Source: Candidatus Zixiibacteriota bacterium (GTDB taxonomy: Bacteria > Zixibacteria > MSB-5A5 > CAIYYT01). From it: 25,967 nucleotides of DNA. Positions 1-9,600 of this stretch are shown one piece after another. The notes under the pieces are model-generated. The model searched no databases. It had not been told where the DNA came from and saw nothing but the letters and a program-made list of their open reading frames with translations. The stretch's first letter is position 1. Each line of letters starts with the position of its first letter. Where the stretch lies: NCBI GenBank assembly GCA_040235515.1, contig JBECKX010000198.1:1-25967 (forward strand), read 5' to 3'. Made by a program: the position numbers and the translations under genes.

Positions 1-258
1 GTGTAGTACCTCAGTTGAAGTGGTCGGTTTCCACCGTTTTGCGTAGCGATCGTTTGCCGAACCGGGCGCCGCTTGGACAATCGCAGGCGTGGCGGATGTA
101 GATGCCGATGAATAGATCTCTGCACAATTCAAGAAATTGCGCAAAAACCTTGAAATATCCGTAGAAATATAGGCCACTCGGTCGAGGTTACAAGCTAAAA
201 TCTTGCCGACATGGTGCGCGCAGCGAAACCGCTTTCACTCTGACAGGAGCCGGACTAC

Positions 259-579
259 TTGGACAGCGACCGCGATCAGCCCGTAGAATATCCCATTGAT
301 GGTATTCTTGACCTGCACGGCTTTAACCCAAAAGATATCAAAGAGTTAATCCCGGAGTATATCCTCGAATGCCGCAGGCGCAATCTCCTCGAGATCAGAA
401 TTATCCATGGCAAGGGAATTGGCAATCTGCGGCGCACCGTACACGCAATTCTGGATCGCCACACCGGCGTAGCAGGCTACCGGTTGGACAGCCGCTCCTC
501 CTCCTCGTGGGGCGCAACGCTGGTTACTCTCAAGCCGCAACTACCAGCGGGGGAGTCAGACCAGGCCACTTCCCGGTAG
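259..579 (+). CDS. Standalone Smr (small MutS-related) domain protein, putative endonuclease
   Basis: 106 aa with Smr motifs LDLHG, IIHGKG.G.LR and WGATLV; TTG start preceded by AGGAG at 245-249. Confidence 0.9.
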   Translation: MDSDRDQPVEYPIDGILDLHGFNPKDIKELIPEYILECRRRNLLEIRIIHGKGIGNLRRTVHAILDRHTGVAGYRLDSRSSSSWGATLVTLKPQLPAGESDQATSR

Positions 580-631
580 TAGTGGGCCAGCCGCAGTTCG
601 GCGCAACCTCGGTCCAAATCTCGCAACCTTT

Positions 632-660
632 TTGAAGTCAACATAGTATTCTTCTAGTAT
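632..660 (+). promoter_or_regulatory. Putative sigma70-type promoter for the DUF3857 pair
   Basis: TTGAAG (632-637) - 17 nt - TAGTAT (655-660), overlapping TATAAT at 658-663, in an AT-rich patch. Confidence 0.4.
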
Positions 661-821
661 AATGATTATGCTACAGCAGCGATCATGCGATACGAGACAT
701 CCTTACGGATATTGGAAGGCAACCCTCACCGAGGCAGAATCTGCGTGACGCTGGTCAGGTAGGATTCAATCACGAAATCAAATTGGGAACTAGCGAAAAC
801 TAAAATCAGGAGAAGTGTGAC

Positions 822-2801
822 ATGCGGAAATGGATATTACCGATCACTCTCTTAATGGGCATCCTGCTGCTCGTTTCAGTCCCGGGACTGACCGCATCAC
901 AGGTTGACAAAGAGACGATGAAGCTGATCGACAAGGCAGGAGGCAAGGAGAAATACCCCGACGCGAATGCTCTTGTTATCAACTCGGAATCAAACTTCGA
1001 GTTTAAGGCCGATGGCACCGGACAGGGTACCGAGTTCGGGCTGATCAAGATTCTCACCGAGAAGGGCTTTGACAGCTATGGCGAGATGAAGTTTCCGTAC
1101 TACAAAGTCTACGAGGAGCTTGTCGTCGACATCGCTCGTGTTATCAAGGCTGACGGCAGCGTCATCGATGTCCCTGAGGAAATGATGAAAGATATCTCGG
1201 CGGCCTCCAACCAGGCGATGAACATCTACGAAGAAGATGCGCTCGAGCGCGTCGTGACCTTCAAAGGCCTCGAAATCGGCGATGTCATCCAGTATCAGGT
1301 CAGCCGCACCCTGCACCAGGCCCCGATGGATAACCAATTCGATGCGCTGCAGGTGTTCCAGGGATTCGACCCGATCATCAGTCAGAAATTTGTTGTCACC
1401 GGACCGAAAGAAAAGCCGCTTCGCTATGTCGTCCGTAACGGCGACGTGAAGTTCAAGAAAGAAGAGAAGGGCGACAAGGTTACCTACACCTGGTGGGCAA
1501 ACAATGTCGACCGCATCGTGCGCGAACCCTCCATGCCCGCGTTGAGCGAAATCGCCCCCACTGTGATCGCCACCACGATTCAGTCATGGGAGGAGGTCAG
1601 CCGCTGGTGGTATTCGATGGTGGAGCCGAAACTGGCGCTCAATGACGAAATGCGCGCCGAAGTGAAGTCTCTCATCGAAGGTAAAGAAAGCAAGGAAGAG
1701 AAGATTGATGCCATCTACCACTTCGTAGCGCAAAAGGTACGCTACATGGGGCTTGGCACCGGCAAAAAGAAAGGCTTCGAGCCGAAACCGGTAACCGAGA
1801 CGTATGAAACTAAGTATGGCGTCTGCCGTGACGTTGCCGCGATGATGGTTGCCATGCTGCGTGAAGCGGACGTCAAGTCAGATGTCGTGCTCACGATGGC
1901 GGGAGCCGAAGTCGACCAGGAACTGCCGCACATCTATTTCAACCATGCGATCGTCGCGATCGATAACGAAGACGGCACCTTCACCTATGCCGATCCAACC
2001 GTCGAAAACTCGGTCGATTGGCTCCCCGCAGTGGAGAGCCAGCAGGATGTGCTGGTCTGCACCCCCGAAGGCCGTTCGCTCGAAGAAACCCCGCTGACTC
2101 CCGCCGATGACAATATGGGGCAGATTACGGCGAACTCCAATCTGACAGAGGATGGACTCTATACTTCCGACGTCACTATCGCGACCGACGGTATCTATGA
2201 CCTGGCGCTGCGCCAGTTCGCCAAGCAGATGCCTGCCGCGCAGATGTCGATGGTGTGGGGTTACCTGATTCAGCAGGTTTATCCCGGTATCCAGCTCACC
2301 AGCTTCGAGACCTCCGATGCCAACGACCTGACCAAGCCGTTCGAAATCAGGTTCAGCTATCAGATCGAAAACTACCCGACCGACGCCGGCGAGTTCGTGC
2401 TGATGAAGAGCCCTGTCTCAACCGGCGCTTTCGAGATCATTTCGCAATTCCTGCTCTCCTCAGGTTCGCTGCCGGAGCGGAAGTACCCGTGGTCGCTCGG
2501 ATTCACCTTCGGTGCCCATGAAGAGGAAACCATCAATCTGCCGCCGGGAATGAAAGTCAAGTCAATGCCTGATCCCGTCACGGCCAGCAAGGGACCGGTG
2601 GAGTACAAGATGACCTATGTCAGCTCACAGCCCACCGAACTGGAGAATGGTGGTACGCAGGTCTCATATCAGAAGGAATTCAAGATCAATTCCAAGAAGC
2701 TGAGCCCGGAAGAGTATGCGCTCTACAAGGAAGTGATGCGGACGGCATCAAAGTCGGCCCGCGGCGAGTTGATCATGCAAACCGAGGAAGCCACCAATTA
2801 G
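822..2801 (+). CDS. Secreted DUF3857 + transglutaminase-like (+ DUF3858-like C-terminal) protein, catalytic triad intact
   Basis: Signal peptide MRKWILPITLLMGILLLVSVPGLTA; DUF3857-type F.GLEIGDVIQY; YGVCRD (C335), FNHAI (H375), YADPT (D391); AGGAG RBS upstream. Confidence 0.88.
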   Translation: MRKWILPITLLMGILLLVSVPGLTASQVDKETMKLIDKAGGKEKYPDANALVINSESNFEFKADGTGQGTEFGLIKILTEKGFDSYGEMKFPYYKVYEELVVDIARVIKADGSVIDVPEEMMKDISAASNQAMNIYEEDALERVVTFKGLEIGDVIQYQVSRTLHQAPMDNQFDALQVFQGFDPIISQKFVVTGPKEKPLRYVVRNGDVKFKKEEKGDKVTYTWWANNVDRIVREPSMPALSEIAPTVIATTIQSWEEVSRWWYSMVEPKLALNDEMRAEVKSLIEGKESKEEKIDAIYHFVAQKVRYMGLGTGKKKGFEPKPVTETYETKYGVCRDVAAMMVAMLREADVKSDVVLTMAGAEVDQELPHIYFNHAIVAIDNEDGTFTYADPTVENSVDWLPAVESQQDVLVCTPEGRSLEETPLTPADDNMGQITANSNLTEDGLYTSDVTIATDGIYDLALRQFAKQMPAAQMSMVWGYLIQQVYPGIQLTSFETSDANDLTKPFEIRFSYQIENYPTDAGEFVLMKSPVSTGAFEIISQFLLSSGSLPERKYPWSLGFTFGAHEEETINLPPGMKVKSMPDPVTASKGPVEYKMTYVSSQPTELENGGTQVSYQKEFKINSKKLSPEEYALYKEVMRTASKSARGELIMQTEEATN

Positions 2802-2884
2802 CTGAGGCGAATTATCCGGTTCCGGGACGCTCACTCCCCGGCGAGAGAGCCCATCCCGCGAATCGAATGGAGTTGAGATAAGAA

Positions 2885-4876
2885 ATGTTTCAGATTCTAT
2901 ATCCTAAATCAGTGGTTCAACTGGTAATCCTCGTGGCGTTCGTGGCGCTGGTTTCAGCAGCAGGGGAGTCGACCCTCGCCGCCACCAAGGTTCTTGATGA
3001 TGCGGCTATTGCCGAGTTGATCGCGAACGCGCCTGACGCCAAGCAGTATCCGCAAGCCTCGGCTTATATACTCGCGGACCAGACAATCGTAACCGTAAAT
3101 CCCGATTCCAGCGCAGTGACTGACTACTTCGCTGTCGTGAAGTTGTTTCAGGATCGGGCGCGCGGTACATTCGCCGACCGCAAACAGCTTTATAATGCCG
3201 ATGCCGAAAGCGTGGTGGTCGTCAAAGCGGTCACTCATCTGCCCGATGGTACCGTCATGCCTGTAGAGGAAAAGGCGATGCATGACCTGACCCCGATGTT
3301 CCTGTCGAATGCGTCGATCTATTCCAACATCATGCAGAAGGTCGTGTCGTTCCCCGGCGTAGCGCCGGGAGTGGTGCTCGATCTGCACCTGCGCAAGTTT
3401 ACCTCGAAGCCGGAAGAGGCGGATGAGTTTTTTGTCTGGGGCACGCAGTTGTTCCGGGGACCTGAGCCTTACGGTTTCAAGGAACTCTCGATCACGCTGC
3501 CGGAGAACTTCAATCTGCGCTACAAGTATCAGAATGATGGTGTCGACTACACCACCTCAACGGCCGACGGTAAAGTGACTCACACCTGGACCAACGAATG
3601 GGTTCCGCAAATCATCCCGGAGCCGTTCATGCCACCACTCGACTTCATCGCCCCACGGTTGATTTACACCAACGCCGATACCTGGGATCAAGTCGGTAAG
3701 TGGGTGGGGGAGAAGTTCTACTCCCACGTGAAAACCGACGGCGAAGTTAAGAAGAAAGCCGAACAACTCACCAAAGGCGCCAAAACCCGTGCCGAGTCGA
3801 TCAACAAGCTGAGCCTGTACGTCATCAAGGAAATCCGCGGTGTGGGCGAGAATACCCTTCCGCTCGGCATCGCCGGATATGAACCGAACGACGCCAACGA
3901 AGTGCTCGAAAACAAGTATGGTGACTGGCGTGATAAGAGCGTCCTGCTCGTGTCACTCCTCCGCTCGGCCGGCATCGAGGCCTTTCCTCATTTCGTGATG
4001 AGATCCGCGGCGCCGCTGGCGGAAGAATACCCCTCGATGAAGCAGTTCGACGCGGTGTACGTCTACATTCCGGAATATATGGGTGCCCCCCTGTGGGTCG
4101 ATCCGTTTGCCGACGAGTCGGAGTTTGGCTACTGTCCGAATGCGCAGGGCGCAACCGGTCTGCTCGTACGAGAGGATGGCAGCGAACTGCTCGAAGTGGC
4201 CAAGCCCAGCTATGCCGACAGCCAGTCTGATTGCCGCTTTGAACTCCGCCTCCTGAGTGATGGCGATGTCAACGGCACAATTGCCTGCCAGCTCACGGGC
4301 TACTTCGATAATGTCACGAGAAACATGCTGCAGAAATCAACACCGAAAGAGCGCGAACAATTCTTCCAGCGGGCGGCCAACTCGCTTGGCGAGGGAACAA
4401 CGAGCGAAGACTTTCAGTTGAGCGACCTCGCCAATCTTCTTGATACCGCACGTATCGCGCAGGACTTCATCGCCCCCGAAATGGGAATCGTGCAGGGGGA
4501 TATGATGATCTTCCGGCTTCCCGAAGTCCCCTTCGGGGTTGCCAGCGCACCCGTCAACCCGGCTCAGGAAATGCGTCAATTCCCGATGAAACTGAGCACA
4601 CAACTGAGTCTGCAAAAGCATGGTGTGGTTCACCTGCCTACCGATTTCAAGGCGGTCTACGTGGCAGAGCCAGTAAAGCTCGAGACGGCCTATGGTACGT
4701 GGGAGTGTTCGTATCAAGTCAGTGAGGATAGCACCTCGGTTCGCTACACCTCCACGATGAACATCACGGATGACTATATCGATACCGATGAGTATTCCGA
4801 GTTCAAAGCCTCATTCGATGAGTTCACCAAACCGCGTCATACGCTGATTCTTCTGGAACGGAAGAAGACGCAGTAA
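2885..4876 (+). CDS. Secreted DUF3857 + transglutaminase-like paralog, predicted catalytically inactive
   Basis: Hydrophobic N-terminus; same architecture as the upstream gene (YPQASA, FPGVAPGVVL, GYEP); YGDWRD and FDAVY replace the Cys and His motifs; WVDP retained. Confidence 0.85.
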   Translation: MFQILYPKSVVQLVILVAFVALVSAAGESTLAATKVLDDAAIAELIANAPDAKQYPQASAYILADQTIVTVNPDSSAVTDYFAVVKLFQDRARGTFADRKQLYNADAESVVVVKAVTHLPDGTVMPVEEKAMHDLTPMFLSNASIYSNIMQKVVSFPGVAPGVVLDLHLRKFTSKPEEADEFFVWGTQLFRGPEPYGFKELSITLPENFNLRYKYQNDGVDYTTSTADGKVTHTWTNEWVPQIIPEPFMPPLDFIAPRLIYTNADTWDQVGKWVGEKFYSHVKTDGEVKKKAEQLTKGAKTRAESINKLSLYVIKEIRGVGENTLPLGIAGYEPNDANEVLENKYGDWRDKSVLLVSLLRSAGIEAFPHFVMRSAAPLAEEYPSMKQFDAVYVYIPEYMGAPLWVDPFADESEFGYCPNAQGATGLLVREDGSELLEVAKPSYADSQSDCRFELRLLSDGDVNGTIACQLTGYFDNVTRNMLQKSTPKEREQFFQRAANSLGEGTTSEDFQLSDLANLLDTARIAQDFIAPEMGIVQGDMMIFRLPEVPFGVASAPVNPAQEMRQFPMKLSTQLSLQKHGVVHLPTDFKAVYVAEPVKLETAYGTWECSYQVSEDSTSVRYTSTMNITDDYIDTDEYSEFKASFDEFTKPRHTLILLERKKTQ

Positions 4877-4928
4877 TACCAAGGCAAGCATACTAATGCC
4901 GGGCCAATTAGTGAGCCTGTAACAGAAG

Positions 4929-4971
4929 AAGCGCGAGCGGCGTCAATGCTGCTCGCGCTTTCAATTTGTTT
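4929..4971. terminator. Intrinsic terminator, probably bidirectional, between convergent genes
   Basis: Stem AAGCGCGAGCGGCG (4929-4942) / TGCTGCTCGCGCTT (4947-4960), loop TCAA, T-rich tail downstream and A-rich upstream. Confidence 0.75.
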
Positions 4972-5031
4972 GCGATCTCTCTATTGCGGATCTCTAAAAG
5001 AGAATCTCTGTACGCGAATTCGCATTTGAGG

Positions 5032-5535
5032 TTACAGCGGATCGCTGTATTTCTCGTAGTCCAGTAGCAGTTCCTTGGTAACCGGAACGAGCCGCTCCAG
5101 TTGCACCCCAGCCATCTCGAACATTTTGCGTGCAGCCATGAACAGGTGGTTGGAAGCGTACTTGTCGCTCAGATAGATAACCTTGCTGATACCTACCTGA
5201 ATAATCAGTTTCGCGCACTCGTTGCAGGGGAAGAGGCTGACATAGAGTCTGCCGCCGTGCAGGTCCGCCGCGGTCGAGTTTACGATAGCGTTCATCTCCG
5301 CGTGACAAACATAGGGATACTTGGTTTGCAGCGGTTCCCCTTCGCGATCCCACGGCAGCACGTCGTCGGAGCAGCCGATGGGAAAACCATTATAGCCAAT
5401 CCCGATAATCTTGTTCTGCGTGTTGACTATGCAGGCGCCCACCTGCGTATTTGGATCCTTGGACCGTTGCGCCGAGAGCAGCGCCACACCCATGAAGTAG
5501 TCATCCCAGCTGAGGTAATCTGTGCGTTTCTTCAT
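5032..5535 (-). CDS. dCMP deaminase (ComEB/DCTD family)
   Basis: [22 protein letters not shown], zinc motifs HAEMNA and PCNECAK. Confidence 0.95.
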   Translation of the reverse strand: MKKRTDYLSWDDYFMGVALLSAQRSKDPNTQVGACIVNTQNKIIGIGYNGFPIGCSDDVLPWDREGEPLQTKYPYVCHAEMNAIVNSTAADLHGGRLYVSLFPCNECAKLIIQVGISKVIYLSDKYASNHLFMAARKMFEMAGVQLERLVPVTKELLLDYEKYSDPL

Positions 5536-5694
5536 TTCCGTTCGGTTCGTTGTTAGTCGCAGTCCAGTTCATTACGCCTTCGGAATGCAAATTAAATGAT
5601 TGCAACAGTCGCAACAATCACAAAAAACATTGAGCTGTGAGCCAGGCCATGGTTACCCGCTACGACAAGTCAAACTGGGGGCACCATAATTCAG

Positions 5695-5722
5695 TTGCAT
5701 AGTAAGAAATTACTCCTAAATT
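5695..5722 (+). promoter_or_regulatory. Putative promoter of tRNA-Leu
   Basis: TTGCAT (5695-5700) - 16 nt - TAAATT (5717-5722). Confidence 0.45.
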
Positions 5723-5818
5723 AGCCGTTCCGGACGCCGATTGATCGACTTCACGGAATCTCCTGAAGCGGCCAGCCCGCTGACGGAAGCCGCGCGTCCG
5801 CGCAAACAGCACAACACC

Positions 5819-5904
5819 GCCGGAGTGGTGGAATTGGTAGACGCACCGGACTCAAAATCCGGCGAGGGTTAAACCTCGTGGGGGTTCAAGTCCCCCCTCC
5901 GGCA
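5819..5904 (+). tRNA. tRNA-Leu (anticodon CAA)
   Basis: Acceptor GCCGGAG/CTCCGGC + discriminator A; D-loop GGAATTGGTAGAC; anticodon arm CCGGA-CTCAAAA-TCCGG; long variable arm; T-arm GGGGG-TTCAAGT-CCCCC; CCA not encoded. Confidence 0.97.
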
Positions 5905-6069
5905 TTTTATTCTCCAACGATTCATCATCCTCGTCACTGGTTATCGCCAGTCGTCCAGGCCACTCTCCATCCATCCGGCTACTCAGTTGCAGAGCTTCAA
6001 GCGGACTCAAGTTGCGGCTGCGTAGAAGGCGTACGCAGAATATACCAAACATTGACGTAATTGGCGCCA

Positions 6070-6120
6070 TTGCATCCGAGAGCAAACTTGCCATATTTGA
6101 ATTACCTGGTGGGCAGGTAA
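6070..6120 (+). promoter_or_regulatory. Putative promoter plus downstream inverted repeat (possible operator) upstream of the giant gene
   Basis: TTGCAT (6070-6075) - 16 nt - CATATT (6092-6097), followed by TTACCTG-N5-CAGGTAA (6102-6120). Confidence 0.4.
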
Positions 6121-6632
6121 CTCATACTTCAATACAGCCTTGAAACAACAACTGGGAGAGTAAACCGAACCAGCAAGTTCGAGCGAAAAACTGAATATTC
6201 AATCCGATGGTGGGGCAGACTGCCATTGACTGGACCTGGAGGGATGACCTGACCAGTCGCGCATGCACATTTCCACGAGTCTCGGGGCTACTTCTGAGGC
6301 GGTACTGCATCCACACATCGACTCCATCCTCTTGTGTTCGATGGCTACGCCAAGATCGGCAGGGGAACCATAAAGGGGGAGTCGCGTCATCATTCTCAAC
6401 CCATAGCAGGATGATCTCAAAAAAAGGAAAGGAGGATTCGCAGCAAGCTACGATCGGCATCCTAAGATGGAATTGTAACACCCGATCCAACGGTTCGTGA
6501 TTCCTGCGGGTATCGACGAACCTCAAAAACACGGACAATAATCAAGTTCTCGGATGACGTTGCCAGAGTCACTCTCTGCGCGTCCTGCAGGCCCGGCTCT
6601 GGTAACCTTCATTGGAGGGAGGTTACGCACGA

Positions 6633-9600
6633 ATGAAAAAGCTAAAAGTGCTACTATTGGTTACGTCGCTGTACTCTCTGACAGCAATGGGAGCTACAGT
6701 GGAAGTAAGCCCACCATTTCAGATTACTTCAGACACCTTTTATGAACGGGGACAAGCCATTGTCTATGACGGCAGTGACTACTTCCTGTTCTATGGTCGT
6801 TCCACAACTGTGACTGGCAACTATCAGAATGATACCCCTGACACGCACGACTACGAGGTCTACTTCAAGAAGGCTGCTTCGGTTCCCGGATTGGCCTCTG
6901 CAACCCCGACCAAAGTTGTCAGCGCTAAGTCACCGGTGAATAGCTATTTAGGTGAATGCGGCGCAGCCTACTTTGGCGGTGATGTCTGGGTATTCGCAAC
7001 ACTCGATGCAGATCCCGGCAGCTCCGGTTCGGACGCCGATCTCTACGGTTGGTGGAGTGGCGACGGCGGCAGCAGCTGGAATCAAGTGACTCTGCCATTT
7101 GCCGGATTGAACGATGGTCAAGCGCACCACGACGAAATCTCGTTCGGGGGGAAGCTCTGGATCCTCGAAGGGGCAGGCGACTTCACAACCCGCAATTCGG
7201 CATCACCCAAATCGGGGCCCTGGTCAGCCGCGAAGACTGTCGGTAGCCTTACCGGCGGGCTTGCGAAGTTCTTTGTCGACGGCGCCGACCTCTATGTCGG
7301 ACTCTATTCCGCGGGTACAAGCTACATTTATCATTGGAACTCAGGCACGGAAACCTGGGATCTGACTGACAGTGCTGCGATGGCACGCTCTTATGACCCT
7401 ACTCTTTTCAAGCTTGGCAGCGATTACGTTTGGGTCAATGCGCCACTCCCCGCCGATTTTTCATATCAATGGCTGGAGGCGCGCACTTCAAGCTCGCTTT
7501 CAGGGCTGCTCTCAAGCTCGACCCCGAAATCGGTGACGATGGGCGGCTACGGCACCAATACCTTCACTGAGATGTGGCCGATTGGATTTGTCGATAACGA
7601 CGGCGATGCCTACATCTTCTTCACCTCGGAACGAGACAACCTCGATCCAGCAACCGAAGGTACAGGGAATATCTGGGCGATGGAGATCGTGTGGGATCCC
7701 GGTAACGACCACTACACCTGGGTTGCCAACGCTGTAGCCAACGCCGCGGCGGGCGACGACATCTCGATCTACAACGGAACCTACTTCGAGTCGAATATCC
7801 TGCTGGATAAAGAACTCTCTCTCACCGGCGAATCGGAAGCGGGGGTGCTGCTCGCGCCGGTTGGGGAAGATGACAACGATAATTCCAGCTTCGGCATGAC
7901 CTACCAACACTGCTTTATCGTCGATGCTGACAACGTTTCGATCAGCACCCTGACGATCGACGGCCAGGGCAACCCGGCGCTCACCGCCGGCAAAAACAAC
8001 TATCGCGCCGGAATCATTACCCAGGATCTGGCTAACTACGACGCCACCCAGGTAACTTCCGTCTCGGTCTTGAATCCATACTATCGCGGCATCTACCTGA
8101 GGCTGACAGACGTCGACGGTCTCATCGACGACTGTACAGTAGACAACTTGGTCGCACCGGTTTATCACTCTTACGGCATCCTCACACTTGGCGATGTTAC
8201 GATCTCAAACTGCAGCGTCAGCAATATCACCGGCGATATCTATGCGCGCGCTATCGGCACTGCGTATGGAGACATCGTCGTCAGTGATAACTTCGTCAGC
8301 AACACCGGCGATGGCCTATACCACTTCAACTATGGTTATCCCACCAAGACCTTGACTATGACCGGCAATGAAGTGGTCAATGCCGTCACCGGCATGAATC
8401 TGGTCGGCATGACTGCTACAACGGTGATCGGAGGTCCCGCGGCCGCCGACCAGAATACGATCGACCTCGTGTCGGTGAAATCCAACGCCCAGCATCAGCT
8501 CACGGCCGCGATTGATCCGACGCTGCCGTCACCCTCCGGCTTGACCGAGCCGCTTGTTTCAGCTGAAAAGAGTGCCGGAGCGGACATCGGTATTCTGGTT
8601 TGGTATACCAACTATTCAGCCACGATCGAGAACAATGAGGTCACCTGCACCGCCGGTGACGCCGGTATGTGGATCTTTCACGACGAAGATTCGCTCAACC
8701 CGCTCATTGTCAAAGATAACATCTTCACCGCCACCGCCAGCGATGGCACGAACAAAGGGGAGGGTACCGGAATCTTCATGACCGACGACGGTGACTTCCT
8801 CGGCGATGAAAATGGTACAAACTACGCCGTGCTCGATGGCAATCAGATAACCGGCTTTGCTCGCGGGGTTGACCTCTATCGTAATGCCGCTACCCCGGTG
8901 ACCGGTCGCGATGTCAATATCGAGTTCAATAACAACATCCTGCACAACAATGGAATCGGGCTCTTGACCAACGGCGGGAGAGTCAATAGTTGTTCGAACA
9001 ACACTTTCACAGGCAGCGGTACTGCCGCCATTCAGGTGACCACAGGGCTCGTCGATGGCAAAGTCTACGGTCTTACCGAGAACAGCATCTTTGTGCTAGG
9101 TGGACTCTCGATCGACAACCAGACTGGCGCGCTGATAGACGCACCAGGAAACTGGTATGGCGACGCCACACCATCCGTGGTGGCAACCAAAGTCTCCTCT
9201 GACGTTGACTATTCCCCCTGGCTTGGCTCAGGCACCGATGTCGCAGACCCCGGGTTCCAGAGCGATTTTCTGACACTCTGGGTGGATGATGACAGTCCGC
9301 AAGCTGCCGCTGCGACCGTGATTCAGGAGGGTGTCGACCTCGCGCCCGGCGGTGGCACCGTTCATGTAGCCGACGGCACCTACGAGGAGCAGGTTGAGAT
9401 CGCCAAAGACCTCAGCCTGATCGGCCAATCACGCGCAGGTACTATTCTGCAGTCACCAACCTCGCTGACTGCATACTTCAATTCGGGCGGGGGAGACAAC
9501 TATCCGATCCTTTATGCCCACGATGCCGATGCGATCAGCCTCAGCGGCATGACTGTTGACGGACTTGGCCGCGGCAACACCAACTACCGTTTCGTCGGAG

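Noticed and set aside
1..258. Possible minus-strand gene or riboswitch at the left edge (GGCAAAC...CGCAAAAC, GAAA hairpin)
   Set aside because: It lacks the GAAA-capped stem between the motifs needed for a c-di-GMP-I aptamer, and no convincing coding frame is present. The minus strand ends with GAGG-TACTACAC, probably the RBS of a gene starting just outside the window.
2802..2884. GC-rich interrupted hairpin between the two DUF3857 genes
   Set aside because: Imperfect with no U-tract; cannot be called a terminator or known element
6122..6538. ORFs 6122-6538(-), 6199-6420(-) and 6207-6500(+) in the long intergenic region
   Set aside because: No recognisable motifs, mutually overlapping, no convincing RBS
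6612..6632. ORF-track TTG start for the giant gene
   Set aside because: These codons contain the Shine-Dalgarno; ATG 6633 gives a canonical signal peptide
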